Assembly (NCBI GenBank): GCA_965216875.1
Contig: OZ244207.1
Coordinates: forward strand, 2,688,001-2,752,000
DNA length: 64,000 bases
DNA from: Rubripirellula sp.
GTDB lineage: Bacteria; Planctomycetota; Planctomycetia; Pirellulales; Pirellulaceae
Direction: 5' to 3'
Below are positions 38,533-46,889 of this stretch, piece by piece; positions within the stretch are counted from its first letter, which is position 1, and each line of letters begins with the position of its first letter. The notes below the pieces were generated by a model that was given only the letters and a program-made list of their open reading frames with translations, was not told where the DNA came from and did no database searches. A program made the translations under genes and the position numbers.

Positions 38533-38541
38533 ATGCGCCCG

Positions 38542-38598
38542 GTTAACCTACCGGCGCTGAGTTAACCAACCGGCGCTGAGTTAACCAACCGGCACTGG
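38542..38598. repeat. 19-bp tandem repeat x3
   Basis: GTTAACCTACCGGCGCTGA / GTTAACCAACCGGCGCTGA / GTTAACCAACCGGCACTGG. Confidence 0.9.
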
Positions 38599-38642
38599 AC
38601 AAGGATTGAACCAAAGCAGATCTCGACGCTCTGACGACCGCC

Positions 38643-40736
38643 ATGGCTACTGACATCTCCAAGATTCGCAACATCGGAATCATCGCACACATCGACGCTG
38701 GAAAAACGACCGTCACCGAACGGATGCTTTTTCTAAGCGGCGCCAAGCACCGCGTCGGTCGCGTCGACCATGGCACGACCGACACCGACGACGACCCCGA
38801 AGAACAAGAACGTGGCATCACGATCTTTAGCGCTTGTGTGAAATACAACTGGCACGATTACAACATCAACCTGCTCGACACCCCGGGCCATGTTGACTTT
38901 ACCGCCGAAGTCGAGCGCTGCTTGCGAGTCCTCGACGGCGCCGTGACCGTCTTTTCAGCGCGTGAGGGTGTCGAGGCACAAAGCGAAACCGTTTGGCGAC
39001 AAGCCGATCGCTACAACGTTCCTCGAATCGTCTTCATCAATAAGATGGACCGTGAAGGTGCCAACTTTGAAGCGGTCTACAACGACATCGAACCACGCCT
39101 TGGCGGTCGCCCTATCGCTGTCGAATTGCCTGTTGGCCAAGGTCCCGCTCACGTCGCCGATCCCTTTCGAGGCGTGATCGATCTGGTCGACATGAAGCTG
39201 CTTCAGTTCGACCCGGAAACCGAAGGCAAAGAAGTCACCGAAACCGAGGTGCCGGAAGAGCTGCAAGAAGAAGCACTGCTGTGGCGCGAACAGATGCTCG
39301 AAACGGTTTACGACCTTAGCGAAGAGGCCGCGATGCTGGCGATGGAGGAACAAGAGGTTCCTCGAGACCTGATCATCAAGACGCTGCGACAAGGTTGTCT
39401 CGAAATGAAGATCCAGCCTGTCCTTTGCGGCTCGGCCCTTCACGGCATCGGCGTTCAACCCCTGATGACCGCGGTTGGCAATTTCTTGCCCAGCCCACTC
39501 GATCGCCCACCGGTTGAAGGAGTCGATCCCAAGAAGCCCGAAAAAAGCCTGTCGCGAAAACCCGACACCAAGGATCCGTTCTGTGGCTTGGTCTTCAAGA
39601 TCCTTCCCGCCAAAACTGGCGACAACTACTGGATCCGAGTCTACAGCGGCGAACTGAAACAAAACACGCGCGTCCACTGTCCCAACCGCGACAAGAAAGA
39701 GAACATCGCCCAGATTTGGCAGATCCATGCGACCAAGAAAGATCGCGACGGGCAAACCGAGGTCGTCAGCGCGGGTGACATCTGCTGCGTGATCGGTCCG
39801 CGTTTTTCGATCACTGGCGATACCCTTTGCGACACCAAGCAACTGGTCGAATTGCCTAGCATCAAGTTCGCCGAGACGGTGCTGTCGATGGCGATCGAAC
39901 CCGAGAACACCGGCGACCGCAAGAAACTCGAAGAAACGCTCGACATGCTTCGTCGCCAAGACCCGACGTTCCGCGCCGTCGAAAACGAAGAACTCGGACA
40001 GACGATCATTAGCGGAATGGGTGAACTTCACCTCGAGGTGATCCAACACCGCCTCACACGTGACTTTGGATTGAACGTCAAGTTCTATAAGCCGCGTGTG
40101 AATTACCGCGAAACGATCGGGGGCGCCGCCGAAATCGTCGGGCAGTGCAATCGCCAGATCGGTGCCCAGCAGATGTTTGCTCGGTTGAACGTCCGCGTTT
40201 CGGCACTCGAAGACACTTCCGCTCCCGTTCAAGTCTTTGATCGCTTGCCGCCAGACACAACGCTCCCGCCAGCGATGCGACAAGCCGCGATCGAAGAGAT
40301 GCGTGAACGTGCTCTTGGCGGCGGCATGCTCGCTGGTTTTCCGCTTTCGGGTGTTCGCATCGAAGTCAACGATGCCGAGTTCCAAGAAGAAAACAGCGAC
40401 GAAGTGGCCTTCCGAATTGCTGCCGGCGATGCCTTTGACAAAGGACTCGAACAAGCCGAACCGGTGTTGCTTGAACCAGTCATGAAGGTCGAAGTCACAA
40501 CCCCCGATGACTACATGGGCGAGCTTGTGGGCGACCTGCAACAACGTCGTGCCATCATTGCCGCGACCGAAACACGCGGTGCCATGACGGTGATCACGGC
40601 CCACGCTCCACTCAAAGAGTTGTTCGGCTACTCGGGTGCGGTACGAAGCCTTTCCCAGGGCCGCGCTGCAAGCAGCATGGAGCCGCTCGATTACCGCCCG
40701 GCTCCCAAAGCCGATGCCGACGCCTTCTTGCATTGA
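38643..40736 (+). CDS. fusA: Elongation factor G (divergent, EF-G2-like)
   Basis: AHIDAGKTT, RGITI, DTPGHVDF, NKMD, GMGELHLE and LLEPVM motifs; position in the str operon. Confidence 0.93.
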   Translation: MATDISKIRNIGIIAHIDAGKTTVTERMLFLSGAKHRVGRVDHGTTDTDDDPEEQERGITIFSACVKYNWHDYNINLLDTPGHVDFTAEVERCLRVLDGAVTVFSAREGVEAQSETVWRQADRYNVPRIVFINKMDREGANFEAVYNDIEPRLGGRPIAVELPVGQGPAHVADPFRGVIDLVDMKLLQFDPETEGKEVTETEVPEELQEEALLWREQMLETVYDLSEEAAMLAMEEQEVPRDLIIKTLRQGCLEMKIQPVLCGSALHGIGVQPLMTAVGNFLPSPLDRPPVEGVDPKKPEKSLSRKPDTKDPFCGLVFKILPAKTGDNYWIRVYSGELKQNTRVHCPNRDKKENIAQIWQIHATKKDRDGQTEVVSAGDICCVIGPRFSITGDTLCDTKQLVELPSIKFAETVLSMAIEPENTGDRKKLEETLDMLRRQDPTFRAVENEELGQTIISGMGELHLEVIQHRLTRDFGLNVKFYKPRVNYRETIGGAAEIVGQCNRQIGAQQMFARLNVRVSALEDTSAPVQVFDRLPPDTTLPPAMRQAAIEEMRERALGGGMLAGFPLSGVRIEVNDAEFQEENSDEVAFRIAAGDAFDKGLEQAEPVLLEPVMKVEVTTPDDYMGELVGDLQQRRAIIAATETRGAMTVITAHAPLKELFGYSGAVRSLSQGRAASSMEPLDYRPAPKADADAFLH

Positions 40737-40754
40737 TACCGGTGGACTTGCTCA

Positions 40755-41783
40755 ATGACCAGTGCTCCTGAGACGCTCGCGTTCGAGGGTGGTGTCTTGC
40801 GTTTGATCGATCAAACCAAGCTGCCTGGCCAACTCGTCAATTTCGATTGTGAAACGATTGAACAAGCGCACGATGCGATCTCGCGGCTAGTCGTTCGCGG
40901 CGCGCCCGCCATCGGTATCGCCGCGGCATACGGGGTCTGCTTGGCCAAAGACGATTCGGGGACGCTGACCCGCGAAGCTTGCTTGCACGCGATCGATTAC
41001 CTCGCCACCAGTCGGCCGACCGCCGTGAACCTGTTCTGGGCACTCGATCGAATGAAGCAGGTCGTCGTAGCGACAGAGCAGGGGAGTCTCTACGAGTCGC
41101 TTGTCACCGAAGCGCGTGCGATCCACGACGAAGACCGACAAATGTGTCGCTCCATTGGTAAGCACGGCGCTGGCTTGTTGAAAACATGCAACGCCGTCCT
41201 GACTCACTGCAACGCAGGTGGTCTGGCAACGTCGGTGTGGGGAACCGCCCTCGCACCGATCTATCACTTGCATGACGAGGGCCACGACATTTCGGTCTAC
41301 GCAGACGAGACCCGGCCACTGCTGCAAGGCGCTCGATTGACCGCCTGGGAATTGAGCCAAGCGGGTGTGCCTGTGACGGTCTTGACCGATTCGATGTCTG
41401 GCAGTTTGATGCGCGACGGCAAAGTCGACGCCATCATCGTCGGTTCGGATCGCATCGTCGCCAATGGAGACTTCGCCAACAAGATTGGAACCTACCCGCT
41501 CGCGGTGCTGGCCAAGCACCACGGTATCGCGTTCTATGTTGCGGCGCCGACCAGCACCGTCGACATGTCAATTGCCAGCGGCGATCAAATCCCAATCGAA
41601 CAGCGCGCCCGCGATGAAGTCGCCTGTCCCCACGGCACTCGCATCGCACCCGACGAAGCGGGCGTGATCAACCCGGCGTTCGACTGGACCCCAGCCGAAC
41701 TCGTCACCGCCCTGATCACCGAGCGTGGCGTCGTCGAATCGCCAAGTCTCGAGAAGATGACAAAGCACCTCGCAAATAAGTGA
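40755..41783 (+). CDS. mtnA: Methylthioribose-1-phosphate isomerase
   Basis: VRGAPAIG, SRPTAVNL, THCNAG, DETRPLLQGARLT, ANKIGT and NPAFD motifs. Confidence 0.96.
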   Translation: MTSAPETLAFEGGVLRLIDQTKLPGQLVNFDCETIEQAHDAISRLVVRGAPAIGIAAAYGVCLAKDDSGTLTREACLHAIDYLATSRPTAVNLFWALDRMKQVVVATEQGSLYESLVTEARAIHDEDRQMCRSIGKHGAGLLKTCNAVLTHCNAGGLATSVWGTALAPIYHLHDEGHDISVYADETRPLLQGARLTAWELSQAGVPVTVLTDSMSGSLMRDGKVDAIIVGSDRIVANGDFANKIGTYPLAVLAKHHGIAFYVAAPTSTVDMSIASGDQIPIEQRARDEVACPHGTRIAPDEAGVINPAFDWTPAELVTALITERGVVESPSLEKMTKHLANK

Positions 41784-41851
41784 GCCGCGACTCGCGCACG
41801 CGACCGCAGAGACGAGGGCCCTTTCCTCGCGGCGGATTGGAATAACGGAGC

Positions 41852-41962
41852 AAACCCCCTCCCGCTTGCGGGAGGGTCGGACGCAAAGTCCGGGGAGGGC
41901 ATGGCTCTTGCAGACAATCCCTCTCCGGGCCTGAGAGCCCGACTCTCCCAAGGGAGAGTGTC
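41852..41962. repeat. ~110-bp REP-like palindromic intergenic repeat, copy 1
   Basis: CCCTCCC..GGGAGGG-TCGGACGCAAAGTCCGGGGAGGG...CCCTCTCCGGGCC...GGAGAGTGTC; closely similar to 46095-46206. Confidence 0.85.
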
Positions 41963-42290
41963 AAGGCGGGCAGCTTTTCGAAGCCTGATATTTCCCCCCA
42001 TCCGCCACCATTCCCCAACGCCCCGCTAGCAAATCTTCATCGATTTCTCACGCGCAGACCAAACGTGTCACACGTTAACGCGATAGTTCTATTGTCGCGG
42101 GGATCAAACCGAGATCGCAAAACGAGACGGATTGATCAAATCGCGCAAGATGAGACAGCGGGTGCTGGCTGATTCAAATAAGACAGCTGGGCCAAACGGA
42201 AAAAGACTTTGTGAAAAATCGGGACGAATACCCGACATTCGCTCAAGTTTATGCACGGCTGGCCGCTGACTGACGCTTTTGGGCATCGAT

Positions 42291-42305
42291 TGGCACGTCA
42301 TTTGT
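42291..42305 (+). promoter_or_regulatory. Candidate sigma54 promoter for csrA
   Basis: TGGCAC-GTCAT-TTGT (canonical TGGCAC-N5-TTGC; -12 C changed to T). Confidence 0.45.
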
Positions 42306-42355
42306 TGTTTTAGGGACTCGAAAACGAAACTCCAAACTATTCAGGGAAGTCAAAA

Positions 42356-42580
42356 ATGTTGGTACTAAGTCGCAAAGAGGGTGAGCAACTGTTGATCGGC
42401 GATAACATCGTGTTGACGATCAATCGCATTTCAGGAAATCGAGTTGCTATCGGAATCGACGCCCCTCGCGATGTTCGGATTGTGCGAGGCGAACTACAGC
42501 GTCACGAAACGGTTGCCGGAGGATCGGCTCCGATGGCGCTCGAAGAAACCAACGTCGCGGTTGCCAGCAAACCTCACTAG
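42356..42580 (+). CDS. csrA: Carbon storage regulator CsrA-family protein
   Basis: MLVLSRKEGEQLLIGDNIVLTINRISGNRVAIGIDAPRDVRIVRGEL. Confidence 0.93.
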   Translation: MLVLSRKEGEQLLIGDNIVLTINRISGNRVAIGIDAPRDVRIVRGELQRHETVAGGSAPMALEETNVAVASKPH

Positions 42581-42655
42581 TTTCGAAGACATTCCACCAA
42601 GTGGCGATTCGTGTTTTGGCGTGCCAACCAAAATCGATCGCCGCGAGAAGTGGCC

Positions 42656-43732
42656 TCACTTTCGGAAGCGATTGATGTCTGCAATCGTGTCGTCCCAATT
42701 CCCTTTGAACGGGATCGCGCGATCGTCGACGTAAACGATCGCCGGAGGTTTGGTTTGGCAAACGTCGTCGACCACGATGTCATGTTTCGCCAACCAATCA
42801 CGCACTGCTTGGCAACCCAAATCGGTTGCGGTCCGAGCCGAATGAATCACGACTCGGTAGTTCTTTCGTAGATGCTTGATCGCCTCGCGTACACCATGAA
42901 TGGGCGGATCAGCAATCACCGCTTCTCCCTGCCAGCCCGAACGGTAGGAATGGATCACGCCATCAAAATCGAGACAAATGGTTTTGACCGAGCGTTCAAT
43001 CCCAAGACCAACAAGCGTCTCTTCGCTCGCAGGTCGTGTCGCTAGGATCCTGTCGATCGCATCATGCCCTTCGAGCCAGGGTTGATCGTCCCACGTTCGG
43101 TCGTTGTAGACACGACTGTAGTGTTCGAGCGTATGGTGTCGGCCAGGCAATCGCAGCCAACTGCCCAAATGATTCGAACCAAGTGTCCCCGGAAAAAGAT
43201 CAGGAATGGCATCGAGGCCACGCTGCGAAAAGTCTTTGACGATGTTTTCGGCAAAAGCGCGAACACTTGACGTTCGCATCGGACGCTCGAAGACCACCCA
43301 GAGATGGAAACCACCGCGGCCGTTGGAATCGATAAGCAGTGGGTCGAGCCCCATTGTTTGCAGCTGGTGATACCATTCCCGCGCGGCAACAAAATTCCCC
43401 TCCGGCGTGATCGACAAATCATCTTCGTCGTGACGATCGATGTCGATCGCAAACCATCGCGACGAACCATCCGAAGAACTGCTGTGGATTCCAAGCACAC
43501 CGCCGTCGGTCGCCTTGAAATGCTTTTCCAGCGAGCTGACACCGAGGAAGACTTTGCCACGTTCATCGCGAAAGGGAGCAGTGATTGCGTTCCCTTTGAA
43601 ACCCTTTGCATCGGAATCATGTTTCCGATTTCGTTTTGGAAGGTAGCGTCCCCAAACGTCCTTTCGATTGATCAAGTGAGATTCAATCCATCGCGCGAGC
43701 TCCGGGCCGCGTTCGCGCCATTCGTCAAACAT
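42656..43732 (-). CDS. Archaeo-eukaryotic primase (AEP)-like domain fused to a small HAD phosphatase domain
   Basis: AIDID, SNGRGGFHLW and LRLPG (AEP motifs); CLDFDGVIH, KP and YVDDRA (HAD motifs). Confidence 0.8.
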   Translation of the reverse strand: MFDEWRERGPELARWIESHLINRKDVWGRYLPKRNRKHDSDAKGFKGNAITAPFRDERGKVFLGVSSLEKHFKATDGGVLGIHSSSSDGSSRWFAIDIDRHDEDDLSITPEGNFVAAREWYHQLQTMGLDPLLIDSNGRGGFHLWVVFERPMRTSSVRAFAENIVKDFSQRGLDAIPDLFPGTLGSNHLGSWLRLPGRHHTLEHYSRVYNDRTWDDQPWLEGHDAIDRILATRPASEETLVGLGIERSVKTICLDFDGVIHSYRSGWQGEAVIADPPIHGVREAIKHLRKNYRVVIHSARTATDLGCQAVRDWLAKHDIVVDDVCQTKPPAIVYVDDRAIPFKGNWDDTIADINRFRK

Positions 43733-43909
43733 CCGTTCGATGTAGGGAGAATCAGGCAATGTATCGTTGCAACGTATCGGGAAGCTGGCGTTGGGCCATC
43801 CTAAGCCGACCGCGCAAGCGTTGGGCATTACACTCCATTCAACCGCGCCGCACCTGCGTCGCCATCGCTCTTTGACTCAGCGTACGGTTGGTGTCATGCA
43901 CAGCATGAC

Positions 43910-44611
43910 CTACCGTTTTACCAGTTTCCACAATCGCTCGTCCAAGAGCGAATCGGCGATTAGCTTTGCGCCGGAAAAATCTTGATCTCGCGTGTGTTCA
44001 CTTGGGATCGCGATGGTGTAGGCTCCCGCAGCGACAGCCGACGCGCAACCGTTGCCGGAATCCTCGAGCACCAACATGGTTGCCGGTTCGACACCCAGGC
44101 GTTCTGCAGCCTTGAGGTACATCTCCGGATTGGGTTTTCCCTGGGTGACATCGTCGCCGGTCAATTGAAACGCAAGGGAATCGCCCCAGTCGACCGATTC
44201 GAAAATGATCTCGACAAACTTCCGCCGGCTGCTCGTTGCCAATCCGAAGGGTATTTTCAACGACTGCAGCAGCCCGATCCACTCGGCCAGTCCAGGCATT
44301 GGCTGCAGACCATCGCGCAGCAAGTTCCCGTAGATCTCATCCGACTCATCCAGTAGTTGCTGAGGCTCATCGTCGAGGCGATGAAATTCGATCATTTGGC
44401 CCACAGCATCGAGACCAATGCGCCCCATCATTCGCTGCTGAAGCTCGGCGCTGTAGCGGTACCCACGGCGCTGCAATACCGCGTCGCCGACTTGCCAGTA
44501 CAATTTCTCGGTATCAAACAACAAACCATCCATATCCAATGCCACGCCAACAAGGGTGGGTCGAGTTGGCGCAGAGGATGGCTCGGAGCTATTTGTGGCA
44601 GATTCACTCAT
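43910..44611 (-). CDS. HAD-family phosphatase (beta-PGM-like, IA variant)
   Basis: DMDGLLFDTE, ATSS, GKPNPEMY and LEDSGNG motifs. Confidence 0.92.
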   Translation of the reverse strand: MSESATNSSEPSSAPTRPTLVGVALDMDGLLFDTEKLYWQVGDAVLQRRGYRYSAELQQRMMGRIGLDAVGQMIEFHRLDDEPQQLLDESDEIYGNLLRDGLQPMPGLAEWIGLLQSLKIPFGLATSSRRKFVEIIFESVDWGDSLAFQLTGDDVTQGKPNPEMYLKAAERLGVEPATMLVLEDSGNGCASAVAAGAYTIAIPSEHTRDQDFSGAKLIADSLLDERLWKLVKR

Positions 44612-46025
44612 CGATCGATACGTCACCAGTTGGTCATTGGATGGTCGCGGCGCGATCACCAGATCGATTGGTGATGCCGCGACGTCGGGCTTTATCCGCG
44701 ACGGGGCAGCTCATTGGTCGATCGAATCGTACATTCCGATCCATACGCACCCATTGATCGATCACCTTCTCGAAAGGGAGGAAACGACCGACGAGATCGC
44801 CGCCGCACTGAAGCTGGCTGCTCCGCAGATCGAATCCATTGTGCGCGAGCAGACTGGTTTCTTCCATGGCAGGTTCAGCGAGCATTACCATCGCGTCGAC
44901 CCTGACAACGACAGCTACGACCCAAACGAGGATGAAGCCAACGAAAACGATACCGCGACCAGCGGATCAAGCAACGGCGAATCAAGTGACGGCGGGTCCG
45001 AAGCGGCGACGCTTCAATCGGCGGCCAAGTCGACTGGCGATGCGTCAAAGAGCGGCCCCAACCAGAACGGTCCGAGTCCCTGCCCTTCCGAGCACGAGGA
45101 CGTCGGTGACATCGACGATGCGGGACCACGAGCCGATGCATCGGGCGCCGCATCCGAGAAACTCCTCGAGGTCTGCAAAGAGGCACTCGAACTGGCTGGG
45201 TACCGCCAACTGAGCCGCGAGGATGTTGAAAAGTGCGTCGGTGTCGCCAGCGGCTGGGGCGTGCCGCTGCACGTTGATTTTGATCTATTCGACCAACTCT
45301 TGATCTACGCGCGTGGTGATATCGTTGGCACTCGATTGCGTCGCCGTCTTCGACGACTCTACCGCGCCGAAACCGTCAATGTCCCGATCTACCAGAGAAT
45401 GTTCATTCTCTTCCGCCTCAAGAATGATGTGCTTTCGCAAGAAGAGCTCAATGCGTCGAAGCTCCATCTTCGAATGTTCAAGAACATCCCCAAGCAGGAT
45501 GTCGACATGTTGCTTCCGGGCACAACGGTCAAGATCACGAAGATCGATCGTGTGAAGATCATTGTGCCAAGTTTGGGCGGCATGCTCATGACGATTCGGA
45601 AAATTGCTCAGTTCATGCTGATCTTTGCCGCGTTGACGCTCTATTCCACCGCGATCCTGGCCGGCTTGATCATTGCCACGATCGGTTACATCGTGAAGAG
45701 CGTGCTGAGCTATTTTCAAACCAAGAACCGCTACCTGCTGAATCTGACACGCAATCTCTATTTCCAGAAGCTCGACACCAACGCAGGTGCCGCTTACCGA
45801 TTGTTCCAACAAACGCATCGACAGCGAGTGAACGAACACATCCTTGCTTATTATGCGTTGATCACAAGCGAGCAACCCGCAAGTGCGCGCCGCCTGCGGC
45901 GAAAGTGCGAACGCATTGTCCGCGAAGCGATCGGCGTTGAGATCGATTTCCAAATGGACCGCGCCATCGAGAATCTGCAGACAGTAGGCCTGGTGACTCA
46001 GTCGGAAGACCGCTGGACAACGTAA
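44556..46025 (+). CDS. DUF3754/TMEM143-like membrane protein (true start probably downstream of 44556)
   Basis: Y...DPD, FKNIP..D.DMLLP and LYFQKLD.N motifs; two C-terminal TM helices. Confidence 0.75.
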   Translation: MGRVGAEDGSELFVADSLIDRYVTSWSLDGRGAITRSIGDAATSGFIRDGAAHWSIESYIPIHTHPLIDHLLEREETTDEIAAALKLAAPQIESIVREQTGFFHGRFSEHYHRVDPDNDSYDPNEDEANENDTATSGSSNGESSDGGSEAATLQSAAKSTGDASKSGPNQNGPSPCPSEHEDVGDIDDAGPRADASGAASEKLLEVCKEALELAGYRQLSREDVEKCVGVASGWGVPLHVDFDLFDQLLIYARGDIVGTRLRRRLRRLYRAETVNVPIYQRMFILFRLKNDVLSQEELNASKLHLRMFKNIPKQDVDMLLPGTTVKITKIDRVKIIVPSLGGMLMTIRKIAQFMLIFAALTLYSTAILAGLIIATIGYIVKSVLSYFQTKNRYLLNLTRNLYFQKLDTNAGAAYRLFQQTHRQRVNEHILAYYALITSEQPASARRLRRKCERIVREAIGVEIDFQMDRAIENLQTVGLVTQSEDRWTT

Positions 46026-46094
46026 GCGGTGCGAAGCGGCAACGGCTGGCGTTCGTCGTACCGATCTTTAGTCGGGACTACCAACGACAGCGCT

Positions 46095-46206
46095 AAACAC
46101 CCTCCCGCCTGTGGGAGGGTCGGACGCAAAGTCCGGGGAGGGCATGGTTCCTCAAAAACAAACCCTCTCCGGGCCTTAGAGCCCGACTCTGCAAACGGAG
46201 AGTGTC
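46095..46206. repeat. ~110-bp REP-like palindromic intergenic repeat, copy 2
   Basis: Closely similar to 41852-41962. Confidence 0.85.
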
Positions 46207-46253
46207 TATGAAAGGCGCTATTTAGAAGCCTGGTGAAAGCGCGACTGCAATCT

Positions 46254-46646
46254 CTATCGCGTTGCAGCGATTGCCATCGCGGCTTCCATCGCCTGGACCA
46301 ACTTGGTTGGACTGAATGGCTTTACAAAGACGCCCGTCAATCGCAGGCTGTTGGTCAACTGCGAGAAATCCATCTCGTACGCTTTTGCGGTGACCATGAT
46401 GATCGGTATTTCAGCGTGGCATGGTTGGCCGCGCATCAACTCGCACAGTTCCGATCCCTGCATGCCGGGCATCTGTTGATCGGTGATGACAGCGTCAAAC
46501 TCAAAGTTCTGGGCTGCCTGCCATGCTTCGGCTCCGTTTTTTGCAACGGTCACCTTATATCCGGCGGCCTGGAAGGCTCGTCGAATGATGAGCGCAAGGA
46601 CAGCGGTGTCCTCGGCGACCAAAAGATGACGTTGGGGCTGGTTCAT
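46254..46646 (-). CDS. Single-domain response regulator (CheY-like)
   Basis: VAED, TDQQMPGMQG, VTA and KPF motifs. Confidence 0.93.
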   Translation of the reverse strand: MNQPQRHLLVAEDTAVLALIIRRAFQAAGYKVTVAKNGAEAWQAAQNFEFDAVITDQQMPGMQGSELCELMRGQPCHAEIPIIMVTAKAYEMDFSQLTNSLRLTGVFVKPFSPTKLVQAMEAAMAIAATR

Positions 46647-46889
46647 GGCGAAAGTTCTCCGCCAAAACTCTAGCTCAAGATTCGTGCAAGGCTTCAAAAG
46701 TCGAGAATTCGCACGCGGGTGTTGCGGTAACGTTCAGGTTGTGACGGCTGTCCATCTTGTATCGACGCACCGACCAACCACCTTCGCCATGCCCCGAATT
46801 TTCCCAGCGAAGTCATTTTGATCGGCCCTAGGTTTCTATGAGTCCCTCACGCACGAACGCACTCCCTATACCCTCAACAAACGCCAGCA

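Noticed and set aside
38542..38598. CRISPR array
   Set aside because: Contiguous 19-bp units with no spacers and no cas genes
38955..40733. 592-aa minus-strand ORF (and similar long shadow ORFs at 10450-11535, 12365-13501 and 37336-38488)
   Set aside because: Antisense to well-supported genes; expected from high-GC codon bias; no motifs
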